NCBI GenBank assembly: GCA_002898395.1
Contig: BEHE01000002.1
Location: 77,544 to 101,543 of the forward strand
Reading direction: 5' to 3'
Length of the DNA stretch: 24,000 nucleotides
Source of the DNA: Candidatus Calditenuaceae archaeon HR02
Lineage (GTDB): Archaea; Thermoproteota; Nitrososphaeria_A; Caldarchaeales; Calditenuaceae
Shown: positions 1 through 8,223 of the stretch, in pieces
How the letters are laid out: each line of letters opens with the position of its first letter
Position numbering within the stretch: position 1 is the stretch's first letter
Made by a program: the position numbers and the translations under genes
Notes under the pieces: model-generated
Database searches by the model: none
The model's input: only the letters and a program-made list of their open reading frames with translations
What the model was told of the DNA's origin: nothing

Positions 1-368
1 ACGCCGTAGCGAGGGCACTCGGCATCGACCCAGAGCTGAGGCTTGGACAGCTAACTGACCAGCAGCTAGCACTAATTGAAGACTGCATCAGGAATCCGGA
101 AAAGTATGGTATTCCATCATGGATGTATAATAGGAGGCGTGACCCTCAGAGTGGAAAAGACCTTCACCTGATAGGGGCTGATCTTGACTTGGCAATAAAA
201 GAGGATATTCAGAGGGAGATGAGGATAAAGTCTTGGAGAGGTGTTCGTCACTCTCTAGGCCTTAAGGTTAGGGGGCAGAGGACTAGGACTACCGGGCGGA
301 AGACCGGGCCGGTAGGTGTCGTCAGAAAGGCCGCCGAGGCGGCTGCGAAGGAGTCAAGCAAGAAATAG
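1..368 (+). CDS. rps13: 30S ribosomal protein S13 (uS13), 5'-truncated by the window edge
   Basis: The frame starting at nt 3 reads AVARALGIDPELRLGQLTDQQLALIEDCIRNPEKYGIPSWMYNRRRDPQSGKDLHLIGADLD...RGQRTRTTGRK, which is typical archaeal uS13. Stop TAG at 366-368. Confidence 0.9.
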   Translation, partial: AVARALGIDPELRLGQLTDQQLALIEDCIRNPEKYGIPSWMYNRRRDPQSGKDLHLIGADLDLAIKEDIQREMRIKSWRGVRHSLGLKVRGQRTRTTGRKTGPVGVVRKAAEAAAKESSKK

Positions 369-369
369 C

Positions 370-1488
370 TTAGCTCCTTTCTATAGCCCCTCGCGCGAGG
401 CTGGCCCCCAAAACCAAGCTTTTCTCCTTCTTGAAGGCAACATCCCACCTCCTAGTTCTTAAGCCGCAGTCGTTGCAAGCTATAATTCGAGACGGGTCGT
501 CAAGAACTCTAGCGGCGAAGATAAGCCTATCCCGCACCAGCTCCGGAGGCTCTATGTAATCTGAGTGCACATCTATTACGCCAGGAGCAATCATAAAGTT
601 CGCCGAGTATTCCCTGAAGAGCCTCAGAGCCTCATAGCCGATCCTCTCACTCTGCCCTAGCCTCACCGTGTCTCTGTTTGCACACTCAATAGAGAGCTCA
701 TGTGTCTTGGCTTCGAGTATGTGTGGGAATAGTAGGCGGTAATCGCTGTAGCAGATGTGGATTGTGAAGCGCGCGTTGATTCCCTTCACCACCTCATTAA
801 ACGCCTCCACGAATAGACCTACCTCTCCGGGCTTAGTTGTGGCTGCAGGCTCATCAATCTGGATCCTATAGGCGCCATTCTCTACAAGCGACAGAACTAC
901 GGGCCTCACCACCTCCTTGGCCAGATCAAACACCATCTCTCTCTTCGCCTCTCTCTTCTTCTCTACTAGGCTCTCAGTAGGTCTAGCTTTTGCGATATAG
1001 TATTCGTCGAAGCTCCAGTCCGATAGAGTGTAGGGCCCGGTAATGGGGACCTTTAGCTCTCTCCGCGCGTGCTTCTTCGCGAACAGGAACTCAGAAACGT
1101 AGCTGTTCTCAACTAGTAGAGGCTTTGACCTTATCGCCGCCTTATTATATGTCTCTGCATCCCAAACCTTCACTTTCCCGAGAAACTCTACACCACGTAC
1201 TTGTCTAAGCGCGTGTTCATACATCTCAACCCTCTTCTGCTCACCATCCCAAACCACATCGAGCCCCGCAGCCTCGTGGAGGCGTATAGCATAGAGCGAG
1301 GCCCAATCCCGCAGCTCCTCTTGCGTATACTCTTTTCTTCTAAGCTTATCCACCAGCACTTCAAATCCCTCCACGCCTAACACCCTCCCCCAGTACTCCG
1401 CCTCAGATATCGCAATCTCGTCAAGCCTCTTTCGCAGAAAAGGAGCCCTCATCAGGCTTCCAACTTCTTGTGTGGGGAAGAGCTTCAC
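370..1488 (-). CDS. metE: Cobalamin-independent methionine synthase, catalytic (MetE C-terminal-type) subunit
   Basis: 372 aa. MetE-type Zn-ligand motifs are present: FTIHICYSDY (His-x-Cys) and IACNDCGLRTR (Cys). It overlaps the upstream MetE-N-like ORF by 4 nt. Confidence 0.8.
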   Translation of the reverse strand: MKLFPTQEVGSLMRAPFLRKRLDEIAISEAEYWGRVLGVEGFEVLVDKLRRKEYTQEELRDWASLYAIRLHEAAGLDVVWDGEQKRVEMYEHALRQVRGVEFLGKVKVWDAETYNKAAIRSKPLLVENSYVSEFLFAKKHARRELKVPITGPYTLSDWSFDEYYIAKARPTESLVEKKREAKREMVFDLAKEVVRPVVLSLVENGAYRIQIDEPAATTKPGEVGLFVEAFNEVVKGINARFTIHICYSDYRLLFPHILEAKTHELSIECANRDTVRLGQSERIGYEALRLFREYSANFMIAPGVIDVHSDYIEPPELVRDRLIFAARVLDDPSRIIACNDCGLRTRRWDVAFKKEKSLVLGASLARGAIERS

Positions 1489-2477
1489 GACATGCCACCT
1501 CTAAGAAGCCTGTAAGCAACTGCAAGCCTCTCAACCTTCGCATCCGCCACACGCCTTGGTAGATACTCAAGATCGGTGTTGGTGGTTAAGTGGTATGACT
1601 TGGCATTCACGCACTCAACCACGCTGGACAATATAGCCACTATTTCCTCATTGCTCTCAACGTAACTATTTCGCGCATCTATGCATCCAACAGCGAGAGC
1701 CCCCTCGAAGGAGTACCCCCTTATTTCCCCCGGATCGGTGGAGAAAGGGTCTATCCCCACAATATCGAGCGGAGCATCAAGTATCCATGGAAAAGCATTG
1801 GAGGCGTCGTGGAAGAACAGATGGACCATAAGCAGCCCGCTGAATCCATTCTTTATCACCCTGAGGGCCTCTTTCACAGTCTCTACCTGGTCTATGTCAA
1901 GCCTATTCTCGACGAGGGATGGAGCGCTTAGCTGAAGGAGCGCCGGCCCAGAGCCCTCAAGCGACCTCAATTCCTCCACAATTATCTCTGCAAAGTCTAA
2001 AACTAGGTCTTCCCATCTGTTATAGGATTGATTGATTGAGAGGCTATAGAATGTATAGGGCTCCGGGAGAATCAGTTTCCAATTAATCTCCTTTAACAGA
2101 TCTGTGAAGACATATTTTTCAAGAATTCTAGTGGTTCTCGAGAGGTTTGATACTATTATTGGCCTCTTGTAGAAGAGGTTGTTGTCAAACCACCGCGTCA
2201 GTGGCCCCAACTTGACACCCTCCAGGTGTTCTGCGAAGGGTCTTAGAATATCATGCCATAGGAGCTGCCCCTCAGCTATATAGGTCATGCCCAGCCGCCT
2301 CTGCATCTCAATAACCGCAGAGGCCTCACGCCGCGCCAGACCAACTACACTGTCGTAAGACTCCCTCCCCTCCGCCAGCCGCCTAAAAGCCATAATCAGC
2401 TCCTCAGACCTCGGCATCACACCACCTAAGTGACATGCATCTACCTCCAACACCAAGCTATAATACACCCACTCCAA
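1485..2477 (-). CDS. MetE N-terminal-domain-like protein (non-catalytic half of the split methionine synthase)
   Basis: 330 aa with MetE-like (beta/alpha)8 features (HLGGVMPRSEELI near the N-terminus, compare the G-x-PR-x-G-x-x-EL motif) but no His-x-Cys Zn motif. Tandem with, and 4 nt overlapping, the catalytic ORF. Confidence 0.6.
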   Translation of the reverse strand: MEWVYYSLVLEVDACHLGGVMPRSEELIMAFRRLAEGRESYDSVVGLARREASAVIEMQRRLGMTYIAEGQLLWHDILRPFAEHLEGVKLGPLTRWFDNNLFYKRPIIVSNLSRTTRILEKYVFTDLLKEINWKLILPEPYTFYSLSINQSYNRWEDLVLDFAEIIVEELRSLEGSGPALLQLSAPSLVENRLDIDQVETVKEALRVIKNGFSGLLMVHLFFHDASNAFPWILDAPLDIVGIDPFSTDPGEIRGYSFEGALAVGCIDARNSYVESNEEIVAILSSVVECVNAKSYHLTTNTDLEYLPRRVADAKVERLAVAYRLLRGGMS

Positions 2478-2548
2478 AGCCGTAATAAAGGTGTTACACG
2501 CGGGTAATCCTCTTATCTTAGCCGGCCAACAATAAACGGTGCTGAATC

Positions 2549-4006
2549 ATGGGCGACTCTAACAGAGACGTAGCCGCTTTTTATGCTAGCTGTAAGGAGG
2601 CGGCGGACTATATTCGAGAAGAGGTGAATCGCGGCGCGGAGATACTTGTCGCCGGACACAACGATGCAGATGGATTATCCTCGATAGGGGTTGTGGCTGG
2701 TGGGCTACTAGATCTCGGAGCCAAGTTTATCGCGAGGAGTGTTTTTAGGCTTGAGGAGTTTATAGAAGTGATGGGTGAACATAATGGCAGAATGATTATC
2801 CTCGTGGACATGGGTAGCGGCAGTATAGGTGAGCTTAGGAGCATTTTCGAGGAGGCGAAGCTCGTTATAATTGATCACCACCAGCCTGACCAGGCGGCTG
2901 TGGAGGGGTGGAAACATGTTAACCCCCACCTATTCGGTATTGACGGAGAGTCTGAGGTGAGCGCGGCAGGTGTTGCATACCTCGTGATGAGGAATATAGT
3001 CCCTAATCCCCAGAGATATGCCCCCCTGGCAGTAGTTGGGAGCCTCGGAGACCTTCAAGACAAGGGGGAGAAGAGGAGACTGGTCGGGTTAAACGAGGAG
3101 ATCGTCTCAGAAGCAGTCAAGGGATCACATCTCAGGGTCAGGGAAGACTTCATCCTCTATGGTAGAGAGTCCAAGCCTATACACCAGGCATTAGCTGGCA
3201 CTCAGAGCCCATACCTCCCAGGCCTCAGCGGGGACGAGGCCGCGTGTCTCTCACTCGTCATGGAAGCTGGAATAGAAGTGCAGGATGGGGATAAGTGGCG
3301 GACAATCGCTGACTTGGCTGAGGAGGAGAAGAGCCGGCTCTATAACGCGATAGTCTCCTATCTTGTGAAGAATAACCAGCCAATAGAGCCTGTCAAAGAT
3401 TTGATTGGGACTGTATATGAGCTGGTTAACGAAAGTGCCTCGTCAGGTCTCAGGGATGCTAGGGAGTATTCACAGCTTCTGAATGCATGTGGTAAGACGA
3501 ATAACTCTTGGCTTGGAGTCGCGGTTGCCATGGGGTATAGGGGCTGGGTCCTCAAAGAGGCGCAGAAGGTTGTGGAGCAGTACAGGGCAATGCTGAAGAA
3601 GAGCCTTGACTTTGCCTCAAAAAATCTGGAGCAGATGTACCACATAATGGTCCTTCGTGTGGGGCCTGAAATAGACGTCCGGCAAGTTAGCTCTGTGGCC
3701 TCTATTCTCTCGTCTTCAAAACTCATACCGGCTGATAAGCCCCTAATAGTGGTAGGCCAAGAGGGTGGTATTGTTAAGATTTCAGCTCGCGCCTCACCAA
3801 GACTAGTCTCTCTGGGCCTGAACCTAGGCGCAGTCATGAGGGAAGCCGCCTCAAAGTTTGCCGGGCGGGGCGGGGGCCACAGGATAGCAGCCGGAGCCGA
3901 AATACCTGCAGAAAGGCTGACGCTCTTTCTACTCGAGGTTGACAGACTTATCGGGGAGGCTCTCTCCCACGTTAATACTCAGATAACACTGGATGATGAT
4001 TCTTGA
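2549..4006 (+). CDS. RecJ/Cdc45-family DHH phosphoesterase (archaeal GAN/RecJ-like)
   Basis: 485 aa. DHH-family motifs are present: VAGHNDADGLSS, ILVDMGSG and VIIDHHQP. A C-terminal GGGH motif (GRGGGHRIAAG) is typical of the DHHA1 domain. Confidence 0.8.
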   Translation: MGDSNRDVAAFYASCKEAADYIREEVNRGAEILVAGHNDADGLSSIGVVAGGLLDLGAKFIARSVFRLEEFIEVMGEHNGRMIILVDMGSGSIGELRSIFEEAKLVIIDHHQPDQAAVEGWKHVNPHLFGIDGESEVSAAGVAYLVMRNIVPNPQRYAPLAVVGSLGDLQDKGEKRRLVGLNEEIVSEAVKGSHLRVREDFILYGRESKPIHQALAGTQSPYLPGLSGDEAACLSLVMEAGIEVQDGDKWRTIADLAEEEKSRLYNAIVSYLVKNNQPIEPVKDLIGTVYELVNESASSGLRDAREYSQLLNACGKTNNSWLGVAVAMGYRGWVLKEAQKVVEQYRAMLKKSLDFASKNLEQMYHIMVLRVGPEIDVRQVSSVASILSSSKLIPADKPLIVVGQEGGIVKISARASPRLVSLGLNLGAVMREAASKFAGRGGGHRIAAGAEIPAERLTLFLLEVDRLIGEALSHVNTQITLDDDS

Positions 4007-4278
4007 GGCACGAGGCTATTCTTGTTGTAAGGTTTTGCAGCGCAGCCGAGGCAGAGATAGCTGAGCGTTCTCTCGCCCCTGATAATCATCCCCTACCACC
4101 GTATCTGAACCTCGGCGTAGAGAGAAGGGGAGAGAATCTGGTTTATAAAGTCGCATGCAACGACAGACCTCTTCAAACCCTCCTCTCAACACTAGATGAC
4201 ATACTGCGGGCGCTCCTAATAGTTGAGCCCATCATATGTGAGAATAGAGGGGAGGATGCTGAGCGGCGCCGCGTGTGA
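4003..4278 (+). CDS. pcc1: KEOPS subunit Pcc1-like protein
   Basis: 91 aa. The pattern AILVVRFCSAAEAEIAERSLAPD...LVYKVACNDRPLQTLLSTLDDILRALLIVE resembles the archaeal Pcc1/CTAG fold. The TTG start overlaps the recJ-like stop (TTGA). The call rests on pattern resemblance only. Confidence 0.55.
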   Translation: MRHEAILVVRFCSAAEAEIAERSLAPDNHPLPPYLNLGVERRGENLVYKVACNDRPLQTLLSTLDDILRALLIVEPIICENRGEDAERRRV

Positions 4279-4325
4279 CGTTATATTTAAAATGTTGATT
4301 AGGCGCTAAAGGGTGAAGAGCAGGG

Positions 4326-4943
4326 ATGTCGTCAAAGGCTGCGAAGAAAGGAGAGAAGGCCGAGTACGTGATTAAGGCACCCCCCTACTTCGCTGAAAGG
4401 ACACTAGGAATAACCAGCAGCGATGACCCCAAAAAGCTACTGAACAGGACGGTGAAAACCAGCCTCTATACACTAACAGACGACCCAACAAAACAGTACA
4501 TCTTGGTCAAGTTTCAGATCGTAAATGTTGACGGCAATGTAGCAGAGACCATCTTTTATGGACATGAATATGATAGAGAATTTCTCAGGAGCCTTGTGAG
4601 ACGCGGTACAAGCAAGATAGACGGGTACTATAACGTTGAGACGAGAGATGGGTATAGGCTGAGGGTTCAATGTACGGTATTTACCCATAACAGGGTAAGG
4701 TCTGGGAAGAAGACGTCTATCCGGCACATCATGAGAGAGGTGGTTGAAGCCTCGGCTAAAAAGCTTGAACTGGGACAGTTTGCGCAGGAGATTGTGCTAG
4801 GTAAGACCGCTTCAGACATCTACAACGCCGTCAAGAAGATTCTTCTCCCCCGGCATGTGGGAGTAGTTAAAACGAAGGTCCTCGCAAAGCCTCAACTTTC
4901 GGCAGCTGACAAGGGACTAGCCGCTGGACAACCCCAATCCTAA
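4326..4943 (+). CDS. rps3ae: 30S ribosomal protein S3Ae (eS1)
   Basis: 205 aa. The N-terminal KKGEKAEYVIKAPPYF...LLNRTVKTSLYTLTDD and the later FYGHEYDREFLRSLVRRGTSKID are characteristic of eS1. A/T-rich TATA-like sequence (tatatttaaaat) lies upstream. Confidence 0.9.
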   Translation: MSSKAAKKGEKAEYVIKAPPYFAERTLGITSSDDPKKLLNRTVKTSLYTLTDDPTKQYILVKFQIVNVDGNVAETIFYGHEYDREFLRSLVRRGTSKIDGYYNVETRDGYRLRVQCTVFTHNRVRSGKKTSIRHIMREVVEASAKKLELGQFAQEIVLGKTASDIYNAVKKILLPRHVGVVKTKVLAKPQLSAADKGLAAGQPQS

Positions 4944-5326
4944 GGGCTTACACCGTCCCTATCGCTGGAGACTCCGTGGTGGCGCTTCCTGTGATACGCC
5001 CTTAGATAGTAGCCCTCCTCTCTCAGGGGCCCGAAACTCCTCACGCCCTTCTCATAGACCTGTCTCTTCAGCCTCTCTGACTCCTCCTCCGTGATCTCTC
5101 CCCTCTTCTTTAGAAACTCTATCACTTGTATTGCCTCTTCCTCTGTTGCGCACCTCATTAGGTAGTCCTCTGGGCCAGGCATGAAGCCCCTGAGCGGCTC
5201 CCCCTCCATCTCTACGCTAGAGTCTTCTAGGCTTGTGCTAGGTTGTTCGAGCTCGTCAGATAGGGCTGGGAAGAGCCTCTTAAAGTCGCGCTTGTCCCAA
5301 GGGATCACTAGGCCTCTATCAAGCAT
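4940..5326 (-). CDS. Conserved archaeal hypothetical protein (DUF2095-like, recalled from memory)
   Basis: 128 aa. FKRLFPALSDEL...YLMRCATEEEAIQVIEFLKKRGEITEEESERLKRQVYEKGVRSFGP resembles a small archaea-specific family. Convergent with rps3ae, overlapping it by 4 nt. Confidence 0.5.
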   Translation of the reverse strand: MLDRGLVIPWDKRDFKRLFPALSDELEQPSTSLEDSSVEMEGEPLRGFMPGPEDYLMRCATEEEAIQVIEFLKKRGEITEEESERLKRQVYEKGVRSFGPLREEGYYLRAYHRKRHHGVSSDRDGVSP

Positions 5327-5366
5327 ATGCTTCCCGATATTTAAGCAGAGGGGTCTGCCACGGGAT

Positions 5367-6050
5367 CTAATCCCCTATACGCGGCCCACTGGTTTTCAGC
5401 CTCTCATAGAGGTCGTAGAACTTGAGGTCTTTCTGTACCCTCTCCCTCGCCTCGTTTGGATACACTCCCTTAACTCTGCCTTCCTCAAGTAGGGCTATCT
5501 CATCCGCTACTAGGAGCGCCTCGAGCGGGTCGTGGGTCACATATAATATTGGGGTCTCGAGGATTCTGATCAAGTTGAGTACCTGCTTCTTGTTAAGCCA
5601 GTCAAGGTTAGCGCAGGGCTCATCCATTAGGAGGGCTTCAGGATTCTTCAGAAGGACTGTTGCGATGGTGAGTATCTGAGTCTCTCCAAGCGACAGGTTC
5701 CTCTTCCCTACGAGGGGTTCGAGCCCTAGCTTGGATATGAGGGGCCTATAGTCTGTGCCATGTAGCTTGGAAAAGTATTCCAGCTGGTCGCGGGGGCTCA
5801 TGGCCAGCCTAACTACTCTCTGTGGGACATAACCTAACGGCCTATCCTCCACTGCTAGGTCGGAGATGTCGCGCCCATTGACGATTATTCTTCCATTAGC
5901 CGGTCTGATTAAACCCATAATGGCCTTAAGCAATGTTGATTTTCCAGCACCGTTCCTCCCCAGCAGAACTGTCTTTGACCTCACCTTTAACAGCCCAATT
6001 TCAAGCCTCCAATCCCCCCTAACTATGACGAGGTCACGTACTTCCAGCAC
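5367..6050 (-). CDS. ABC transporter ATP-binding protein (molybdate/tungstate-type operon, short form without a TOBE domain)
   Basis: 227 aa. Walker A GRNGAGKST, signature LSLGETQ, Walker B LLMDEP, H-loop YVTHDP. GTG start overlaps the permease gene end. Confidence 0.85.
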   Translation of the reverse strand: MLEVRDLVIVRGDWRLEIGLLKVRSKTVLLGRNGAGKSTLLKAIMGLIRPANGRIIVNGRDISDLAVEDRPLGYVPQRVVRLAMSPRDQLEYFSKLHGTDYRPLISKLGLEPLVGKRNLSLGETQILTIATVLLKNPEALLMDEPCANLDWLNKKQVLNLIRILETPILYVTHDPLEALLVADEIALLEEGRVKGVYPNEARERVQKDLKFYDLYERLKTSGPRIGD

Positions 6051-6732
6051 GCTCCAACACCAACGTAACCAGAGTCAGCATCATAGCGACCGCTAAGAGC
6101 ACTAGGGAGGCGGAGACGACCGCTGTTGGACCGCTCCTGAGGAACTCCTCGAAGATGTATACACCCACCGTCTGTGGTCTCTGCGCCACGATGAGGAAGA
6201 CGCCCAGCTCGGAGAAAGCTCTAAACCACGATAATAGCGCCGCGAGAAGGACACTCGTGGGGGATGCTCTGAGGTAGAACCACTGCAGCCTCATGCCCCT
6301 CACACCCATACTTCTCAAGAACTCCTCCAGCTCGACCCCCTGGGCCGCAAACGAAGCCCTCATAACTCCGACCCCGATGGGCAGCGACACAACAAACATT
6401 CCGAGAACAATTGAGGTGGCAGTATCTGTTATCTTGAGGCTAAAGACTATTGGGGCTAGTAGTATTCCAATGGCGGTGTGTGGGATAGCGGTGGAGAACA
6501 GTATTAGGGGCGTCATGTAGCTGCCTGAGGGCCTGAATGCGAGGGCGAAACCCACTATGAAGGATACCGGTAGGACTATGAGTGAGGACGCTGTCGCGTA
6601 TGTTGCGGTGGATGCGACGATCCGGAAGAAACTGGACGAAGGAGCGGCACCAAACATTACTACTGCTGGCAACGACAGTAGTAGAAAATATGCAACGGAG
6701 ACTATAACTGCGATGAGAAGTATTCTATCCAT
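6034..6732 (-). CDS. ABC transporter permease (ModB/WtpB-like)
   Basis: Polytopic hydrophobic protein with a degenerate EAA-like loop (EEFLRSMGVRGMRLQWFYLRASP). I prefer the ATG at 6732, which is preceded by GGAGGAG, over the ORF-track start at 6750. Confidence 0.75.
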   Translation of the reverse strand: MDRILLIAVIVSVAYFLLLSLPAVVMFGAAPSSSFFRIVASTATYATASSLIVLPVSFIVGFALAFRPSGSYMTPLILFSTAIPHTAIGILLAPIVFSLKITDTATSIVLGMFVVSLPIGVGVMRASFAAQGVELEEFLRSMGVRGMRLQWFYLRASPTSVLLAALLSWFRAFSELGVFLIVAQRPQTVGVYIFEEFLRSGPTAVVSASLVLLAVAMMLTLVTLVLERAGST

Positions 6733-7594
6733 GGCTCCTCCATAAACCATATTTTTCTAAGTCTATCTGCTCGATTTTATCAAGTAAGTCATCTCCTATG
6801 GGAGTGAATGAAGCGGCAAATGCGCGAAACGCCTTAACCTCGATGGAGCCAGATTGAGTGATGGCTACGAACTTTAGTGGAGGATCCTGAAGAAATGTTA
6901 TCTCGCCCGGCAACTCTATTATCTTGAAACGGACGATATAACCCCTCGCGACTACAAAAGGCGAGTGGGCAAAGATACAGTCAACCGCCCCACCCTCAAG
7001 CAATGCGGCTACACCCGCTAAGTCGTCCCGCGCTGTGAATCGCCCCCTTGCCTCGAAGCTGCGGACATCGATCCAGACGCTGCGGTCGGAATAGTTGTGA
7101 ATATAACTGATATTGAGACTTCGGCTCACCTCTTCGAGCGCGACTAACTTATATTTAGTGCCAAGCAAGTAAATTGCGGCTAATGATCTGTAGCCTATGG
7201 GCGCGAAGTTGGGGTTGGCTAAGCCTAGGTTGACTTGCCCAAGGTCATTAAGCGTATAGTCCTCCCTACAGACTAATAGAAGCCTGAAGTATCCCAGATC
7301 CAAGACTCTGCGGGGCTGGATAAACTTCAAGAGCTCCCAGTCCACGCTAAGGAAGACATCCGGCACATTACCAGACTGAATCAGCCTAATCCCCAGCACA
7401 CTACCTATCGTTCGCACGTCAACCAAGTCAGACCCATAGAGGTTCGCAGCATCCTTAGCCACCCCCACCAAGGTAGGAGCCGTGAAAACGGTAACACGCC
7501 CCCTATCGCCTAACGGATTTAAAAAAAGAAATGCTGTGACAATCACAGCTACAACAACCGCAGTTACTATTGACGGTAGCGTAAATTTACTCAT
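6725..7594 (-). CDS. Periplasmic-type substrate-binding protein, ModA/WtpA-like (molybdate/tungstate)
   Basis: N-terminal signal/anchor MSKFTLPSIVTAVVVAVIVTAFLF, followed by the ModA-like VTVFTAPTL...IGSVLGIRLIQSGNVPDVFLSVD. I prefer the ATG at 7594 (25-26 nt from the TATA box) over the track start at 7648. Confidence 0.7.
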   Translation of the reverse strand: MSKFTLPSIVTAVVVAVIVTAFLFLNPLGDRGRVTVFTAPTLVGVAKDAANLYGSDLVDVRTIGSVLGIRLIQSGNVPDVFLSVDWELLKFIQPRRVLDLGYFRLLLVCREDYTLNDLGQVNLGLANPNFAPIGYRSLAAIYLLGTKYKLVALEEVSRSLNISYIHNYSDRSVWIDVRSFEARGRFTARDDLAGVAALLEGGAVDCIFAHSPFVVARGYIVRFKIIELPGEITFLQDPPLKFVAITQSGSIEVKAFRAFAASFTPIGDDLLDKIEQIDLEKYGLWRSHG

Positions 7595-7619
7595 CACCTG
7601 GCTTACCTCTCTTATACAG

Positions 7620-7629
7620 TATTTAAATA
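7620..7629. promoter_or_regulatory. Palindromic TATA box (TATTTAAATA) shared by divergent leaderless genes
   Basis: A 10-bp perfect palindrome. It sits exactly 25 nt from the ATG at 7594 (minus strand) and 25 nt from the ATG at 7655 (plus strand). Confidence 0.6.
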
Positions 7630-7654
7630 TGTGCAGCATAATACTCAACGATAC

Positions 7655-8218
7655 ATGTCGGTAACCGAAGTTCGTGGTGGAAAGGTGGTTTTGAAGCTTG
7701 ACAGAGACAACTACATGAGCGTTGGGCTACAATACTTCGAGCTACTTGATGGTGTGAGGAGGTATGGGACTCTAAGCAAGGCGTGCCGTGAGGTAGGTGT
7801 GACTCTCAAGACTGGCTCGAAATGGATTCGCCTCCTAGAGTCTCGGCTTGGAGTTAAACTCGTGGAGGTGAGGAAGGGGGGCAAGGGTGGTGGTGGAAGC
7901 GCACTGACTGAGCATGCTTACAGGCTTCTTGAGAGCTATTATTCCGCTAGGACTGTTACTAGGCCAGGCTTCATAACCACCTTCATAGAAAGCTTATTGA
8001 GCGCGCGTAACATCTTGAGGTGCAGGATCAGGCGTGTTCAGAGAGCAGAGGTGTTGAGCCTGCTTGAGCTGGATCTGGAGCCTGGCCAGGCTTTGAAGGC
8101 GGTAGTTACGACACAGAGTGTTGATAGACTGAACATCCATGAGGGAGGGGAGATCCTTGCAATAATTAAGGCTACTGAGGTCCTAGTCGCATCGAAAGAC
8201 CTTATACGAATCAGATAA
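7655..8218 (+). CDS. ModE-like molybdate/tungstate-responsive transcriptional regulator (wHTH + single TOBE/Mop domain)
   Basis: The N-terminus (FELLDGVRRYGTLSKACREVGVTLKTGSKWIRLLESRLGVKLVEVRKGG) matches the ModE N-domain pattern. The C-terminus (LSARNILRCRIRRV...LKAVVTTQSVDRLNIHEGGEILAIIKATEVLV) is TOBE-like. I prefer the ATG at 7655 over the GTG at 7631. Confidence 0.75.
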   Translation: MSVTEVRGGKVVLKLDRDNYMSVGLQYFELLDGVRRYGTLSKACREVGVTLKTGSKWIRLLESRLGVKLVEVRKGGKGGGGSALTEHAYRLLESYYSARTVTRPGFITTFIESLLSARNILRCRIRRVQRAEVLSLLELDLEPGQALKAVVTTQSVDRLNIHEGGEILAIIKATEVLVASKDLIRIR

Positions 8219-8223
8219 TTTCC

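Noticed and set aside
7595-7654. Longer N-termini from the ORF track for the binding protein (start 7648) and the ModE-like gene (GTG 7631).
   Set aside because: They would overlap each other and the only TATA box in the region. The internal ATGs at 7594 and 7655 give a proper signal/anchor N-terminus and symmetric promoter spacing.
7880-7900. The glycine run GGKGGGG in the ModE-like protein as a possible repeat expansion or slippage site.
   Set aside because: It corresponds to the flexible wing or linker after the HTH seen in ModE-type N-domains. The DNA is not a perfect simple repeat.
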